NCBI GenBank assembly: GCA_964620045.1
Contig: CAZUJL010000022.1
Span: 1,498 to 65,497 of the forward strand
Direction: 5' to 3'
DNA from: an uncultured Nitrospirales bacterium
GTDB taxonomy: Bacteria; Hydrogenedentota; Hydrogenedentia; Hydrogenedentales; GCA-2746185
Length of the DNA stretch: 64,000 bases
In this document: in pieces, positions 45,604 through 53,938 of the stretch
Layout: each line of letters opens with the position of its first letter
How positions within the stretch are numbered: the stretch's first letter is position 1
Made by a program: the position numbers and the translations under genes
Notes under the pieces: generated by a model
What the model was told of the DNA's origin: nothing
Databases searched by the model: none
What the model saw: the letters and a program-made list of their open reading frames with translations, nothing else

Positions 45604-47253
45604 TTACCCCGCGATGGGGTAGTTCCGCGACAAACGCCGATAGAGTAACACATCTTTAATGAACTGTAACGGACCCAGCGGCGCGTGGCCCGCGCGACGA
45701 TTCGCGTCGCCGATCACGAACAACACCTTGTACTGGTCGAACAACGTGCGGTAGGCGTCGAGCAGGCGCGCTTCGGGGTCCCAAATGTGCGTGGCCTCGG
45801 CGCCCGCGCCGTTCACTTCCACAATCATGAATCCCTCGCCCCGCTGCAAAGATTCAACGTCGCGGAAGCGGATGTCGAACCGGCCGAAGAAAAAGCGCGG
45901 CAGGCCGTGGGCGATCTCGTCTATTCGGGCCGAGAGCGCGGGCGTCAGCAGGTGCAGGCCGTCGCGGAAAATGCAGCCCTGAGCGTGGTTTCCGGCAAAG
46001 ACCAGCGGGAAGCGCTCGCCGATGGTGAGGACGCGATCGAGCGAGGCGGCGTGGCGTTTGAAATAGACTTCGGAGACGAGCTTTGCGCGATCGTCCGCTT
46101 CGATCAGCTCGCGCAGCGTGCGTTCACCGTCGCCGACGACGAAGGGAAACTCCTTGAGCGTCACCGAGACGATGCGACCGCGCTGCTCGGAGGGCAAGCG
46201 GTAATACATCAGGCCGACTTCGTGCTTGAAGGGCGCGAGCGTCTGCAACACGATTGTGATGCCGCGCGGCATGGTTTCAAAATACGCGCGCAGATCGTGT
46301 GCGGTGTAAATCGGCCGCACACCGGCGCCGCGCTGGCCCTGATCGGGTTTCGCGACGATCGGCAGGACGAGCCCGGCAGCGGAAACCACGGCGAGTGCGG
46401 CTTCGACGTGTTCGTCGAGCGAACCTTGCGCGGTGAAGTGATACGTCGTGTGTGGCGCGAACCAGCGGCGCTCGGATTCGGGGACGAGATCGAGGATCTG
46501 GCTTTTTGATTCGCGGATCATGCCGCCGGAGTAGATGGAGGGGTTGACGGCGGTGGGCAGCGTGAGGCTGCGGAAACGAACAGCGAGCCAGAAGTAATAG
46601 AGTCCGACCGGGATGTAAAACAAGAAGGGATGCCAGAACTCGAACATCGACGCGGGGGCTTCTTCGGCGGTGACGCTTGCGGGGTCCTCGGCCATGCGTT
46701 TGTACGAGCGGCGCTGGATAAGGATGACGACGACGATGAGCGCGGCGCCGACGGCCCATTTCAGCTCGCCGAGCAGCGGAAGAATCGCGCGCCCGAGATA
46801 CACGATCGACGTGACCGCGGTGAACGTCCACAACATGGACGCGAAGATGGCACAGGGAAGGTAGCGCTTGAGGCTGGCGCGCGCCATGCCGACGGCGAGG
46901 TTCGCGGGCAGGCGCAGGCCGGGCACGAAACGCGAGACCATGATCGCGGTGAACATATTGTCGTCGAACCACACGCGCATGCGCTCGAGGCGGTGCTTGG
47001 ACACGAGCTTACGCTTGACGATCCACGGCTCCAGGTAGCGTCCGGCGACGTAGAGCAGCCAGTCCCCCACGCCGATGCCGATACAGAGGCCGGCGATCGC
47101 GGTTTCGTAGAGCATCTGATCGTCGGCGACGAGCAAAGCGCACGCGATCAGTGTCGGGTCTTCCAGCACGAAGGTGCACAGCATGATGACGATGACTTGC
47201 AGAAAGGGATCGCTGGAGAGCGCGCGCAGGGCGGAATCGAAATAGGCTTCCAC
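45604..47253 (-). CDS. membrane protein: DedA/VTT-type N-terminal domain fused to a C-terminal ATP-grasp-like domain
   Basis: GTG 47253 (1 nt after the upstream stop) or ATG 47186; N-terminal TM region with FVPGLRLP DedA-like motif; C-terminal 330 aa with PIVAKPDQGQRGAGVRPI resembling the ATP-grasp nucleotide-binding loop. Confidence 0.45.
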   Translation of the reverse strand: MEAYFDSALRALSSDPFLQVIVIMLCTFVLEDPTLIACALLVADDQMLYETAIAGLCIGIGVGDWLLYVAGRYLEPWIVKRKLVSKHRLERMRVWFDDNMFTAIMVSRFVPGLRLPANLAVGMARASLKRYLPCAIFASMLWTFTAVTSIVYLGRAILPLLGELKWAVGAALIVVVILIQRRSYKRMAEDPASVTAEEAPASMFEFWHPFLFYIPVGLYYFWLAVRFRSLTLPTAVNPSIYSGGMIRESKSQILDLVPESERRWFAPHTTYHFTAQGSLDEHVEAALAVVSAAGLVLPIVAKPDQGQRGAGVRPIYTAHDLRAYFETMPRGITIVLQTLAPFKHEVGLMYYRLPSEQRGRIVSVTLKEFPFVVGDGERTLRELIEADDRAKLVSEVYFKRHAASLDRVLTIGERFPLVFAGNHAQGCIFRDGLHLLTPALSARIDEIAHGLPRFFFGRFDIRFRDVESLQRGEGFMIVEVNGAGAEATHIWDPEARLLDAYRTLFDQYKVLFVIGDANRRAGHAPLGPLQFIKDVLLYRRLSRNYPIAG

Positions 47254-47254
47254 G

Positions 47255-48019
47255 TCAGCGCGCCTGGGCCGGCGCCGCAAGCAGACGCAGCGAGCAATGC
47301 GTGGCGGCGTCGCGCGTTTCGGGCGTGGGCGTCGGCCAGTAGCGCAGCTCGACCCGGCCCGGGTTCGCATGCACACGCGCCTGCGTGATGCTGCGCGTGG
47401 CGGACCATTCGCGCCGCATCAAGGGCGAGCGTTCCGCGTGGCCGGCTTCCTGGAGCAAATGAAACGCCGGCAGGGTGTCGATGTGCGCAGCGCCGTCCGC
47501 GATCCAGCGATTGAACCGTTCCTCGCGCCAGCGCACGACTTCGGCGCTGTCCCAACCCGAGGACGAGCGCACCAGCCATGGATCGCGATTCGTAATCGTG
47601 GTGAGCGAACCTTTGCCGAGCCATTCACAGATCAATGTTTGATCCAGTGACGCGACGAGCAAGGTGAACGATGGATACTGCGCGGCGTCCAGTTCCGATT
47701 TAATCCAGTGCTGCGCAGCATCGCCATCGCCGGCGGCGAGCACGGCGGGAACGATTTCGCCGCGCGTGCGATAGCGGCCCGTCGTATCCGGCAGCAGGCT
47801 TTCGCCGGGCTGATAGGCGTTCATAATGCAGGCGACCACGCCGCAGGCGTTGGCCCCCATCCAGGTGCCGCCTTTTTCGCTGTCGATGGGCGCGACCCAA
47901 TCGCCGTTGGCGGCCGCGTGCAGTTCAGGCTTTCGTTCCGGCGCGCGGGAATAAGCCTCGTCGCGGTTCATCGTCGCGGTGAACCCGGAGCCGGTGCGTT
48001 GGATGGTCACCGTACACAT
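47255..48019 (-). CDS. NRDE/TANGO2-family protein
   Basis: MCTVTIQRTG start (Cys2) and MNRDEAYSRAP (NRDE motif) as in the PF05742 family. Confidence 0.55.
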   Translation of the reverse strand: MCTVTIQRTGSGFTATMNRDEAYSRAPERKPELHAAANGDWVAPIDSEKGGTWMGANACGVVACIMNAYQPGESLLPDTTGRYRTRGEIVPAVLAAGDGDAAQHWIKSELDAAQYPSFTLLVASLDQTLICEWLGKGSLTTITNRDPWLVRSSSGWDSAEVVRWREERFNRWIADGAAHIDTLPAFHLLQEAGHAERSPLMRREWSATRSITQARVHANPGRVELRYWPTPTPETRDAATHCSLRLLAAPAQAR

Positions 48020-48040
48020 CGAATAAAACCGCCTGCGAGG

Positions 48041-48565
48041 TTAGCGGACCGCCGTCTGCCGGAAGGCGGCCGTCGAAAAGGCCAGCGCGAGGTCTTCGGG
48101 AAGGTCGACCCCCTGTTCGCGACAGAGATTTCGGACCACGGCGAGATGGTGGATCGTGTGGCTCGACAGAAACACAAGTTCACGCTCGACCGTCGATTCC
48201 AGGGTGCTCGGCTCGCTGTCGAGCGCGGCCGTCTGGCGCACGGTGATGCGCTGGCGCAACTGGTCTGGGGTCAGCGTCGAAAGGGTGCGGCAAACGTTCG
48301 CCAGGGCCTCGCGAAAACAGGCCGGATCGCGCTCGATGGATTCATCGCGATCGCGCGCGTCGTAATCCACCACGCCATCGCCCAGTCCGCGCAAGAAGCA
48401 GATGAAGTGTTCGGCGGCGTGCCGCAGGTGCGCGCCGATGGGCGAGCGTCCCGGTGCGGCGGTGGCAAACATCTCGAAGGAAATGGCGTCGACAATCCGT
48501 TCACATCTGCCGCAGGCATCGATACATCCGCGAACTGCGGGACTGACAGACGGTGTCATTTGCAT
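48041..48565 (-). CDS. DinB/YfiT-like (DinB_2 superfamily) putative metal-dependent protein
   Basis: Start at MQMTP (48565; ORF track to 48700); His triad context HLRHAAEHF ... HTIHHLA. Confidence 0.4.
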   Translation of the reverse strand: MQMTPSVSPAVRGCIDACGRCERIVDAISFEMFATAAPGRSPIGAHLRHAAEHFICFLRGLGDGVVDYDARDRDESIERDPACFREALANVCRTLSTLTPDQLRQRITVRQTAALDSEPSTLESTVERELVFLSSHTIHHLAVVRNLCREQGVDLPEDLALAFSTAAFRQTAVR

Positions 48566-48799
48566 ACGAGAATCGGTTCTCCCCGAACGAATGCGCAGCA
48601 CACGGCAGGAGTCTAGCACCGCCGATTTATGCCGAACAATCCGCACAATTTCCGCAGTGCGCGGGGTCTGCGCGACGGTTGAATAACCCCTGGGTCGCAT
48701 CCGTCTAATCTTGTACCGGGCTGCAGCCTGTATGTTAGACTGTCGGCCCTGAAACCGGGTTGAGCAGCCACGTTTAGCGTGGTAAAGGAAAGGTTACTC

Positions 48800-49465
48800 A
48801 TGCGAATTCTCACTGCGGCGGCCCTGCTGTTGCTGCCGATGGCCCCTGTTGCGATGGCGGACGACGCCAAGGTCGAACTGAAGATCGAGCTTCCGGAACC
48901 CTATTTCGGCGGCACGCCGTTGGACTATTTTGGGCCGAATCTTGAGGAACCGGATTACAAGCCGCGGGCGCCGTTCATGGTGCCGGACGGCACGACGAAT
49001 GTGGCCAAGGGCAAGACGGTGACCAGCCAGGCGGCGCCGAGCTTCGGCAAGCTGGAAATGCTGGTTGACGGCGACAAATCTTATAAAGACGAGAGCTTGT
49101 TGGGCCTTGAGCGCGGCCTGCAGTGGGTGCAGGTCGACCTTGGTTCGATGAACGCGCTGTATGCGTTGCTGCTGTGGCACTTCCACCAGGGCGATCGCGT
49201 GTACTTCGACGTGATCGTGCAGGTGGCGGACGACGCCGAGTTCACGAAGAACGTGCGCACGGTGTTCAACAACGACCATGACGACACCTCGGGCCTGAAG
49301 CTGGGCGCGGGCACGAACAAGGAATACATCGAGACCTACAAGGGCAAGCTGGTGGATCTCGGCGGCGTGAAGGCGCGCGCGATCCGTTTCTATAGCAAGG
49401 GCAACACGACGGACGACTTCAACCACTACGTCGAAGCCGAAGTGTTCGGCAAGGCCGCCGAGTAA
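48800..49465 (+). CDS. secreted discoidin (F5/8 type C)-like domain protein
   Basis: ATG 48800 with AAGGAAAGG RBS; signal peptide; WVQVDLGSMNALYALLLWH ... ARAIRFY pattern reminiscent of discoidin domains. Confidence 0.4.
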   Translation: MRILTAAALLLLPMAPVAMADDAKVELKIELPEPYFGGTPLDYFGPNLEEPDYKPRAPFMVPDGTTNVAKGKTVTSQAAPSFGKLEMLVDGDKSYKDESLLGLERGLQWVQVDLGSMNALYALLLWHFHQGDRVYFDVIVQVADDAEFTKNVRTVFNNDHDDTSGLKLGAGTNKEYIETYKGKLVDLGGVKARAIRFYSKGNTTDDFNHYVEAEVFGKAAE

Positions 49466-49489
49466 CCTATCCACGAGGTACATCGCCGG

Positions 49490-51115
49490 GTGAGCCGGTC
49501 TTCCCGAAAGCGCGGCGCGCGGACGGGCACCGCCATTCTTTTGCTACTCATCGCGGGCGCAGCGCTCGCGGTGCGCAGCCTCGATCTTGAGCTGCGTCCG
49601 GTCCATGGCGACGAAGCCAACCAGGCGTACAAGACCGGGAAGCTGCTCGAGACCGGCAAGTACGTCTACGATCCGCACGATCACCACGGACCTACGCTCT
49701 ATTATTTAGCGTTGGTGCCGCTGGCCGCGTCCGGCGCGCACACGATGGCGGACGCCGAAACGTGGATGCTGCGCGCGGTGCCGGTGGCGTTCAGCGTCGC
49801 GACGCTGCTGCTGTTCATTCCCTTGCGCAACGCGTTGCCGCCGGGCGGCGCACTGTGCGCGGCGCTGCTGCTCGCCTTCTCCCCCGCGTTTACTTTTTAT
49901 GCGCGCTACTACATTCAGGAAACGCTGCTGGTCTTTTTCACGCTGTCGGTGATCGTGTTCGGCTGGAAGTACGCGCAGCTTCCGGGACGCCTGAACGCGA
50001 TTGGCGTGATGGTGTCGCTGTGTTTGATGCATGCGACGAAAGAAACGGCCGTGCTGGCGTGGGCGGCGATGGGTTTTGCATTGGTGGTCACGCTGCTGTG
50101 GCGTTACGGCGTCCGTGAATCGATCGAGCGCGTGAAAAACACGGTGCGTCCGCGCGATTTTCTGGCGGGATTCATCGTCGCGCTGATCATTTCGGTGGTG
50201 TTGTTTAGCGCCTTCTTCACGCACTGGCGCGGGCCGCTGGACAGCATTCTCACGTATCGCAACTACCTCACGCGTGCGGGCGGCGCGGGGATTCACGACA
50301 AGCCGTGGTACTACTACCTCTCGTTGCTGGCATACACGCATCGCGGACCGGGGCCGGTGTGGAGCGAAGGGGCGGTGCTGGTGTTGGGCGTGATTGGCAT
50401 TGTGATCGCGGCGTGGCGCTTGCCGAATCTTCCGCGCGATACGGATGAATACGGCGATCCGTGGCTACTGCGATTCTTCGCGATCTATACGATCGTGCTC
50501 GCGATGATGTACGCGGCGGTGCCGTATAAAACGCCGTGGTCGCTGCTGAGTTTTTATTTTGGCGTGATCGTGCTGGCCGGCGTGGCGGTGGCCTATGGCA
50601 TTGCGCTGGCCCCGCCGGCGTGGCGGCGTAGCGCGGTGGTTACGGCGTTTGTACTCGTGCTGGCGCACCTCGGGCTGCAGTCCTGGCGCGCAGAGACGAC
50701 CTACGCGGCGGATGTGCGCAATCCTTGGGTATACGCGCACACATCGACGAACCTCGCGGAACTCGCGAAACGCATCGACGAGATCGCGGCGGTGGGGCAT
50801 GGCGCAGACACGACAATTCAGGTGATCCAGCCGGACAACGATTACTGGCCGCTGCCGTGGTATCTGCGGCGCTACGCGAAAACCGGCTACTGGAATACGA
50901 TGCCGGCGAACCTTGATGCGGACATTATTGTGTCCAGCCCGCGCATCGGCAACGACCTTCGCGGGCGGCTGGGCGAAGCTTATTTCGGGCCGTCCATGTA
51001 TAGCCTGCGGCCGGCGGTGCTGCGGGAATTGTACGTGCGCAAGGAGCTGTGGGACGCGTTTATGGCGAAGCGGGCGGCGGAATCGACAAGCGGCGAGACG
51101 CCGCTTCCACATTAA
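49490..51115 (+). CDS. GT-C superfamily membrane glycosyltransferase (ArnT/PMT-like, polyprenyl-phosphate-sugar dependent)
   Basis: 541 aa, more than 10 TM; early periplasmic-loop acidic motif VHGDEANQ; architecture typical of ArnT/GT39/GT83 enzymes. Confidence 0.6.
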   Translation: MSRSSRKRGARTGTAILLLLIAGAALAVRSLDLELRPVHGDEANQAYKTGKLLETGKYVYDPHDHHGPTLYYLALVPLAASGAHTMADAETWMLRAVPVAFSVATLLLFIPLRNALPPGGALCAALLLAFSPAFTFYARYYIQETLLVFFTLSVIVFGWKYAQLPGRLNAIGVMVSLCLMHATKETAVLAWAAMGFALVVTLLWRYGVRESIERVKNTVRPRDFLAGFIVALIISVVLFSAFFTHWRGPLDSILTYRNYLTRAGGAGIHDKPWYYYLSLLAYTHRGPGPVWSEGAVLVLGVIGIVIAAWRLPNLPRDTDEYGDPWLLRFFAIYTIVLAMMYAAVPYKTPWSLLSFYFGVIVLAGVAVAYGIALAPPAWRRSAVVTAFVLVLAHLGLQSWRAETTYAADVRNPWVYAHTSTNLAELAKRIDEIAAVGHGADTTIQVIQPDNDYWPLPWYLRRYAKTGYWNTMPANLDADIIVSSPRIGNDLRGRLGEAYFGPSMYSLRPAVLRELYVRKELWDAFMAKRAAESTSGETPLPH

Positions 51116-51168
51116 CCACTTTTAGCTCGCATCGGGTATTGTCAGCAGGTCGACAGGAGGTATTTGCC

Positions 51169-51990
51169 ATGCGCCAACGCGGTCCGTATTTGTGTCAGAT
51201 TTTCGGAATTGCGGCGCTGGTGTATTACGGATTTTTTGCGCACGCGCAGATCACGGGCGAATCGGCGACGACGCCGCGCATTCAGGATCGCGTCTATCAC
51301 TGCGCCGAAGCGAAGGCCGATCTCCCCTATTCTGTGTTTGTGCCGAGCACGTATGACGGCAGCAAGGCGTATCCGCTGATCGTGGCGCTGCACGGACTCG
51401 GTAGTTCCTCGGACCAAATCATCCGCTACCGCGGCATGACGGATTTGGCGGAGCACCACGGCTACATCGTCATTGCGCCGATGGGCTACAACAACCACGG
51501 GTGGTACGGCAGCCTTGGGCCGGGCAAGAACCGCTTCTCGGAACGTTTTGCGAATGGTGTGCCGGATCCCGAGAACCTCGGCGAGTTGAGCGAGAAAGAT
51601 GTATTCAACGTGCTCGACATCGCGAAGAAGGAATTTAAGATCGATCCGAACCGCATTTACCTGATGGGCCATTCAATGGGCGGCGGCGGGACGTTGTACC
51701 TCGGCATGAAGCACAAGGAAATCTGGGCGGGGCTGGGCGCGATTGCGCCGGCGATTTACTCGAACCCGAACCAGCTCAGCGACATCGCCACGATGCCGAT
51801 TATCGTCGTGCAGGGCGATGCGGACCGGCTCGTGCGCGTGGAAGCGACGCGGCGCTGGACGGAGAAAATGGCCGAACTCGGCATGCCGCACGAGTACATT
51901 GAAGTGGCGGGCGGCGATCATGTGCGCGTGGCGCCGCAGCACCTGCCGGATATCTTCGCGTTCTTCAACGAGCACGCGCGCAGCGAGTAG
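51169..51990 (+). CDS. secreted alpha/beta hydrolase (esterase/lipase, PHB-depolymerase-like family)
   Basis: ATG 51169 with AGGAGG RBS; signal peptide; GHSMGG nucleophile elbow. Confidence 0.6.
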   Translation: MRQRGPYLCQIFGIAALVYYGFFAHAQITGESATTPRIQDRVYHCAEAKADLPYSVFVPSTYDGSKAYPLIVALHGLGSSSDQIIRYRGMTDLAEHHGYIVIAPMGYNNHGWYGSLGPGKNRFSERFANGVPDPENLGELSEKDVFNVLDIAKKEFKIDPNRIYLMGHSMGGGGTLYLGMKHKEIWAGLGAIAPAIYSNPNQLSDIATMPIIVVQGDADRLVRVEATRRWTEKMAELGMPHEYIEVAGGDHVRVAPQHLPDIFAFFNEHARSE

Positions 51991-52722
51991 TCAGCGGCGC
52001 GTGTAGGCCCCCGCCCATGCGCGCAGACGAATGCGCAGCACTTCGGCGAACATCATCAGCGAATCGTGCACGGCGCGCACGCGCGTATCGGTCGAGTTAA
52101 TCCAGCGGACGGGCACTTCTTCGGTCTTCAGATTATGCAGGCGCGCGATCACGAGCATCTCGCAGTCGGAGCCGAAGCCGTCGATCGTGAGCCGCGGAAA
52201 GATGATGTCGCGGGCGCGGGCCGTGAAGGCCTTGAAGCCGCACTGCGTGTCTCGGAACTCGGTGAGCCCCAGGCTACGCAGCAGCACGTTGTAGGCGCGG
52301 CCCATCATGCGGCGATACTTCGGCTGCGGCGTTTCCACGCGCGCGCCGGGTGCGGCACGCGAGCCGATCACGACCTCGGCGCCCTGATCGAGGTGCGGCC
52401 AGAGCTTTTCGATCTCGTCGATGGGTGTCGAGCCGTCCGCGTCGTACACGAGCACGACTTCCCCCGTGGAGCGCGCGGCGCCGAGGCGCATGGCGTGGCC
52501 TTTGCCCCGGTTCCAGGGCGACTCGATGATTTTGACCTCGGGAAAACGCCCGCGGACGGCCTCGGCGGTGCCGTCCGTGCTGCCGTCGTCCACCACGATC
52601 ACCTCGGTGGGATAGGCCTGCGCGCGGAAATAGGCCTGCGCTTTGTCGAGGGTCACGAGTACGCGGACGGCCTCGTTAAAGGCCGGAATGACGAGCGAAA
52701 GGCGTGGGGTGACGATGGTCAT
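51991..52722 (-). CDS. GT2-family polyprenyl-phosphate glycosyltransferase (DPM1/ArnC-like)
   Basis: Start MTIVTPRLSLVIPAFNE at 52722 (ORF track to 52914); VVDDGSTDGT ... DAD motif (YDADGS). Confidence 0.7.
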   Translation of the reverse strand: MTIVTPRLSLVIPAFNEAVRVLVTLDKAQAYFRAQAYPTEVIVVDDGSTDGTAEAVRGRFPEVKIIESPWNRGKGHAMRLGAARSTGEVVLVYDADGSTPIDEIEKLWPHLDQGAEVVIGSRAAPGARVETPQPKYRRMMGRAYNVLLRSLGLTEFRDTQCGFKAFTARARDIIFPRLTIDGFGSDCEMLVIARLHNLKTEEVPVRWINSTDTRVRAVHDSLMMFAEVLRIRLRAWAGAYTRR

Positions 52723-52877
52723 GCTGGATGGGCGGCGCGGCGCTGGGCGTGGGAATGCGCTCGATCCCCCGCGAGTGGCACGGCCCGCCTGCGCGCCGGT
52801 TTGCCAGACTGTACCAAAAGGGGCGCGCGCCGGCCAACCCACGGACCCCATTGCCAGCAAGGGCGGAGCGCTATAGA

Positions 52878-53573
52878 ATGCTGTCCATGGGAGACGCTCC
52901 CGCCGGAGGACCACGGATGGTGGACGAAACGGATACCGCGCGCGCGGACGAGCGTATTCAACCTCGCCGACAACCGGTGCAGGCGCGAAGCCGCGAACGT
53001 GTGGAGAAAATCCTGGACGCGGCGGTGCAACTGCTGATCGAAGAAGGCTACGACGCCGTCAAGACCAATGCCATCGCCCGCCGCGCGGATGTCTCCATCG
53101 GATCCGTTTACCAGTTTTTCCCCAACCGCTTCGCCATCTTCGGCGCACTCGCGGAACGCTACCGCGAAAAAATTGCGCACTCGCTTGAGAGTCATTTGAA
53201 AGTCGGACCGGACCGCTCGTGGGACGTGGCGCTGGCGGACACGGTCGATACGCTGGCGGCGATGTGGCGGACGGACTGGGCCTTCCACTCCGTGTGGCTC
53301 GCGATCCAGAACACAGCGGAGCTGCGCGATTCGCGCGAGCAGTATCGCAATGTGCTGCTGCGCGAAACGCTTACGGCGTTTCTGCGGACCATTCTTCCGC
53401 ATGCGTCGGAGGCGGAGATCACGACGATCGGCCGCGTGACGCTGGAATCGAGCAACATCATGTTGGACTTGTCGATGCGCGTGGCGCCGCAGGATGAGCA
53501 GATGATCGCGGAATTGAAGCTGATGCTGCACAGCTATATTCAGGCGCACGTGAACGCGGGCGGACGGGCCTAG
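52878..53573 (+). CDS. TetR-family transcriptional regulator
   Basis: HTH RERVEKILDAAVQLLIEEGYDAVKTNAIARRADVSIGSVYQFFPNR; divergent from the GT2 gene. Confidence 0.7.
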   Translation: MLSMGDAPAGGPRMVDETDTARADERIQPRRQPVQARSRERVEKILDAAVQLLIEEGYDAVKTNAIARRADVSIGSVYQFFPNRFAIFGALAERYREKIAHSLESHLKVGPDRSWDVALADTVDTLAAMWRTDWAFHSVWLAIQNTAELRDSREQYRNVLLRETLTAFLRTILPHASEAEITTIGRVTLESSNIMLDLSMRVAPQDEQMIAELKLMLHSYIQAHVNAGGRA

Positions 53574-53914
53574 GCCGCGGGCACGAAGGTAATCACGCCG
53601 AATACCATTGCTGATATCAGCAATACAGAAATAAACAGACCGAAGTAGCCTATCGCCAGGCCGAAAGTGGCCATTCCCTCGTTTGAGTACGCCCCCGGTG
53701 TCTTCTGAAATGCGCGCCGGGCGAGGTGTCCCGCGATGATCGCGGGGATGAAGCACAGGAACACGTAGGCGCCGCCGGGGACCCATTTTCCGAGGATCAA
53801 TCCCGCCAGCGACATGACGGAGGCCACGAAACTTACCGTGGCCGCGCGGTTCATGCGCAGCGGGGCCTGCGCCGGTTGCGCAGCGCGCAGCAGGACGTTT
53901 GATTGATCGTCCAT
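53570..53914 (-). CDS. small membrane protein (DUF4190-like)
   Basis: 114 aa, two or three TM helices, Gly-rich. Confidence 0.3.
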   Translation of the reverse strand: MDDQSNVLLRAAQPAQAPLRMNRAATVSFVASVMSLAGLILGKWVPGGAYVFLCFIPAIIAGHLARRAFQKTPGAYSNEGMATFGLAIGYFGLFISVLLISAMVFGVITFVPAA

Positions 53915-53938
53915 GCTGCGCGCTCCTTACTGGTTTGG

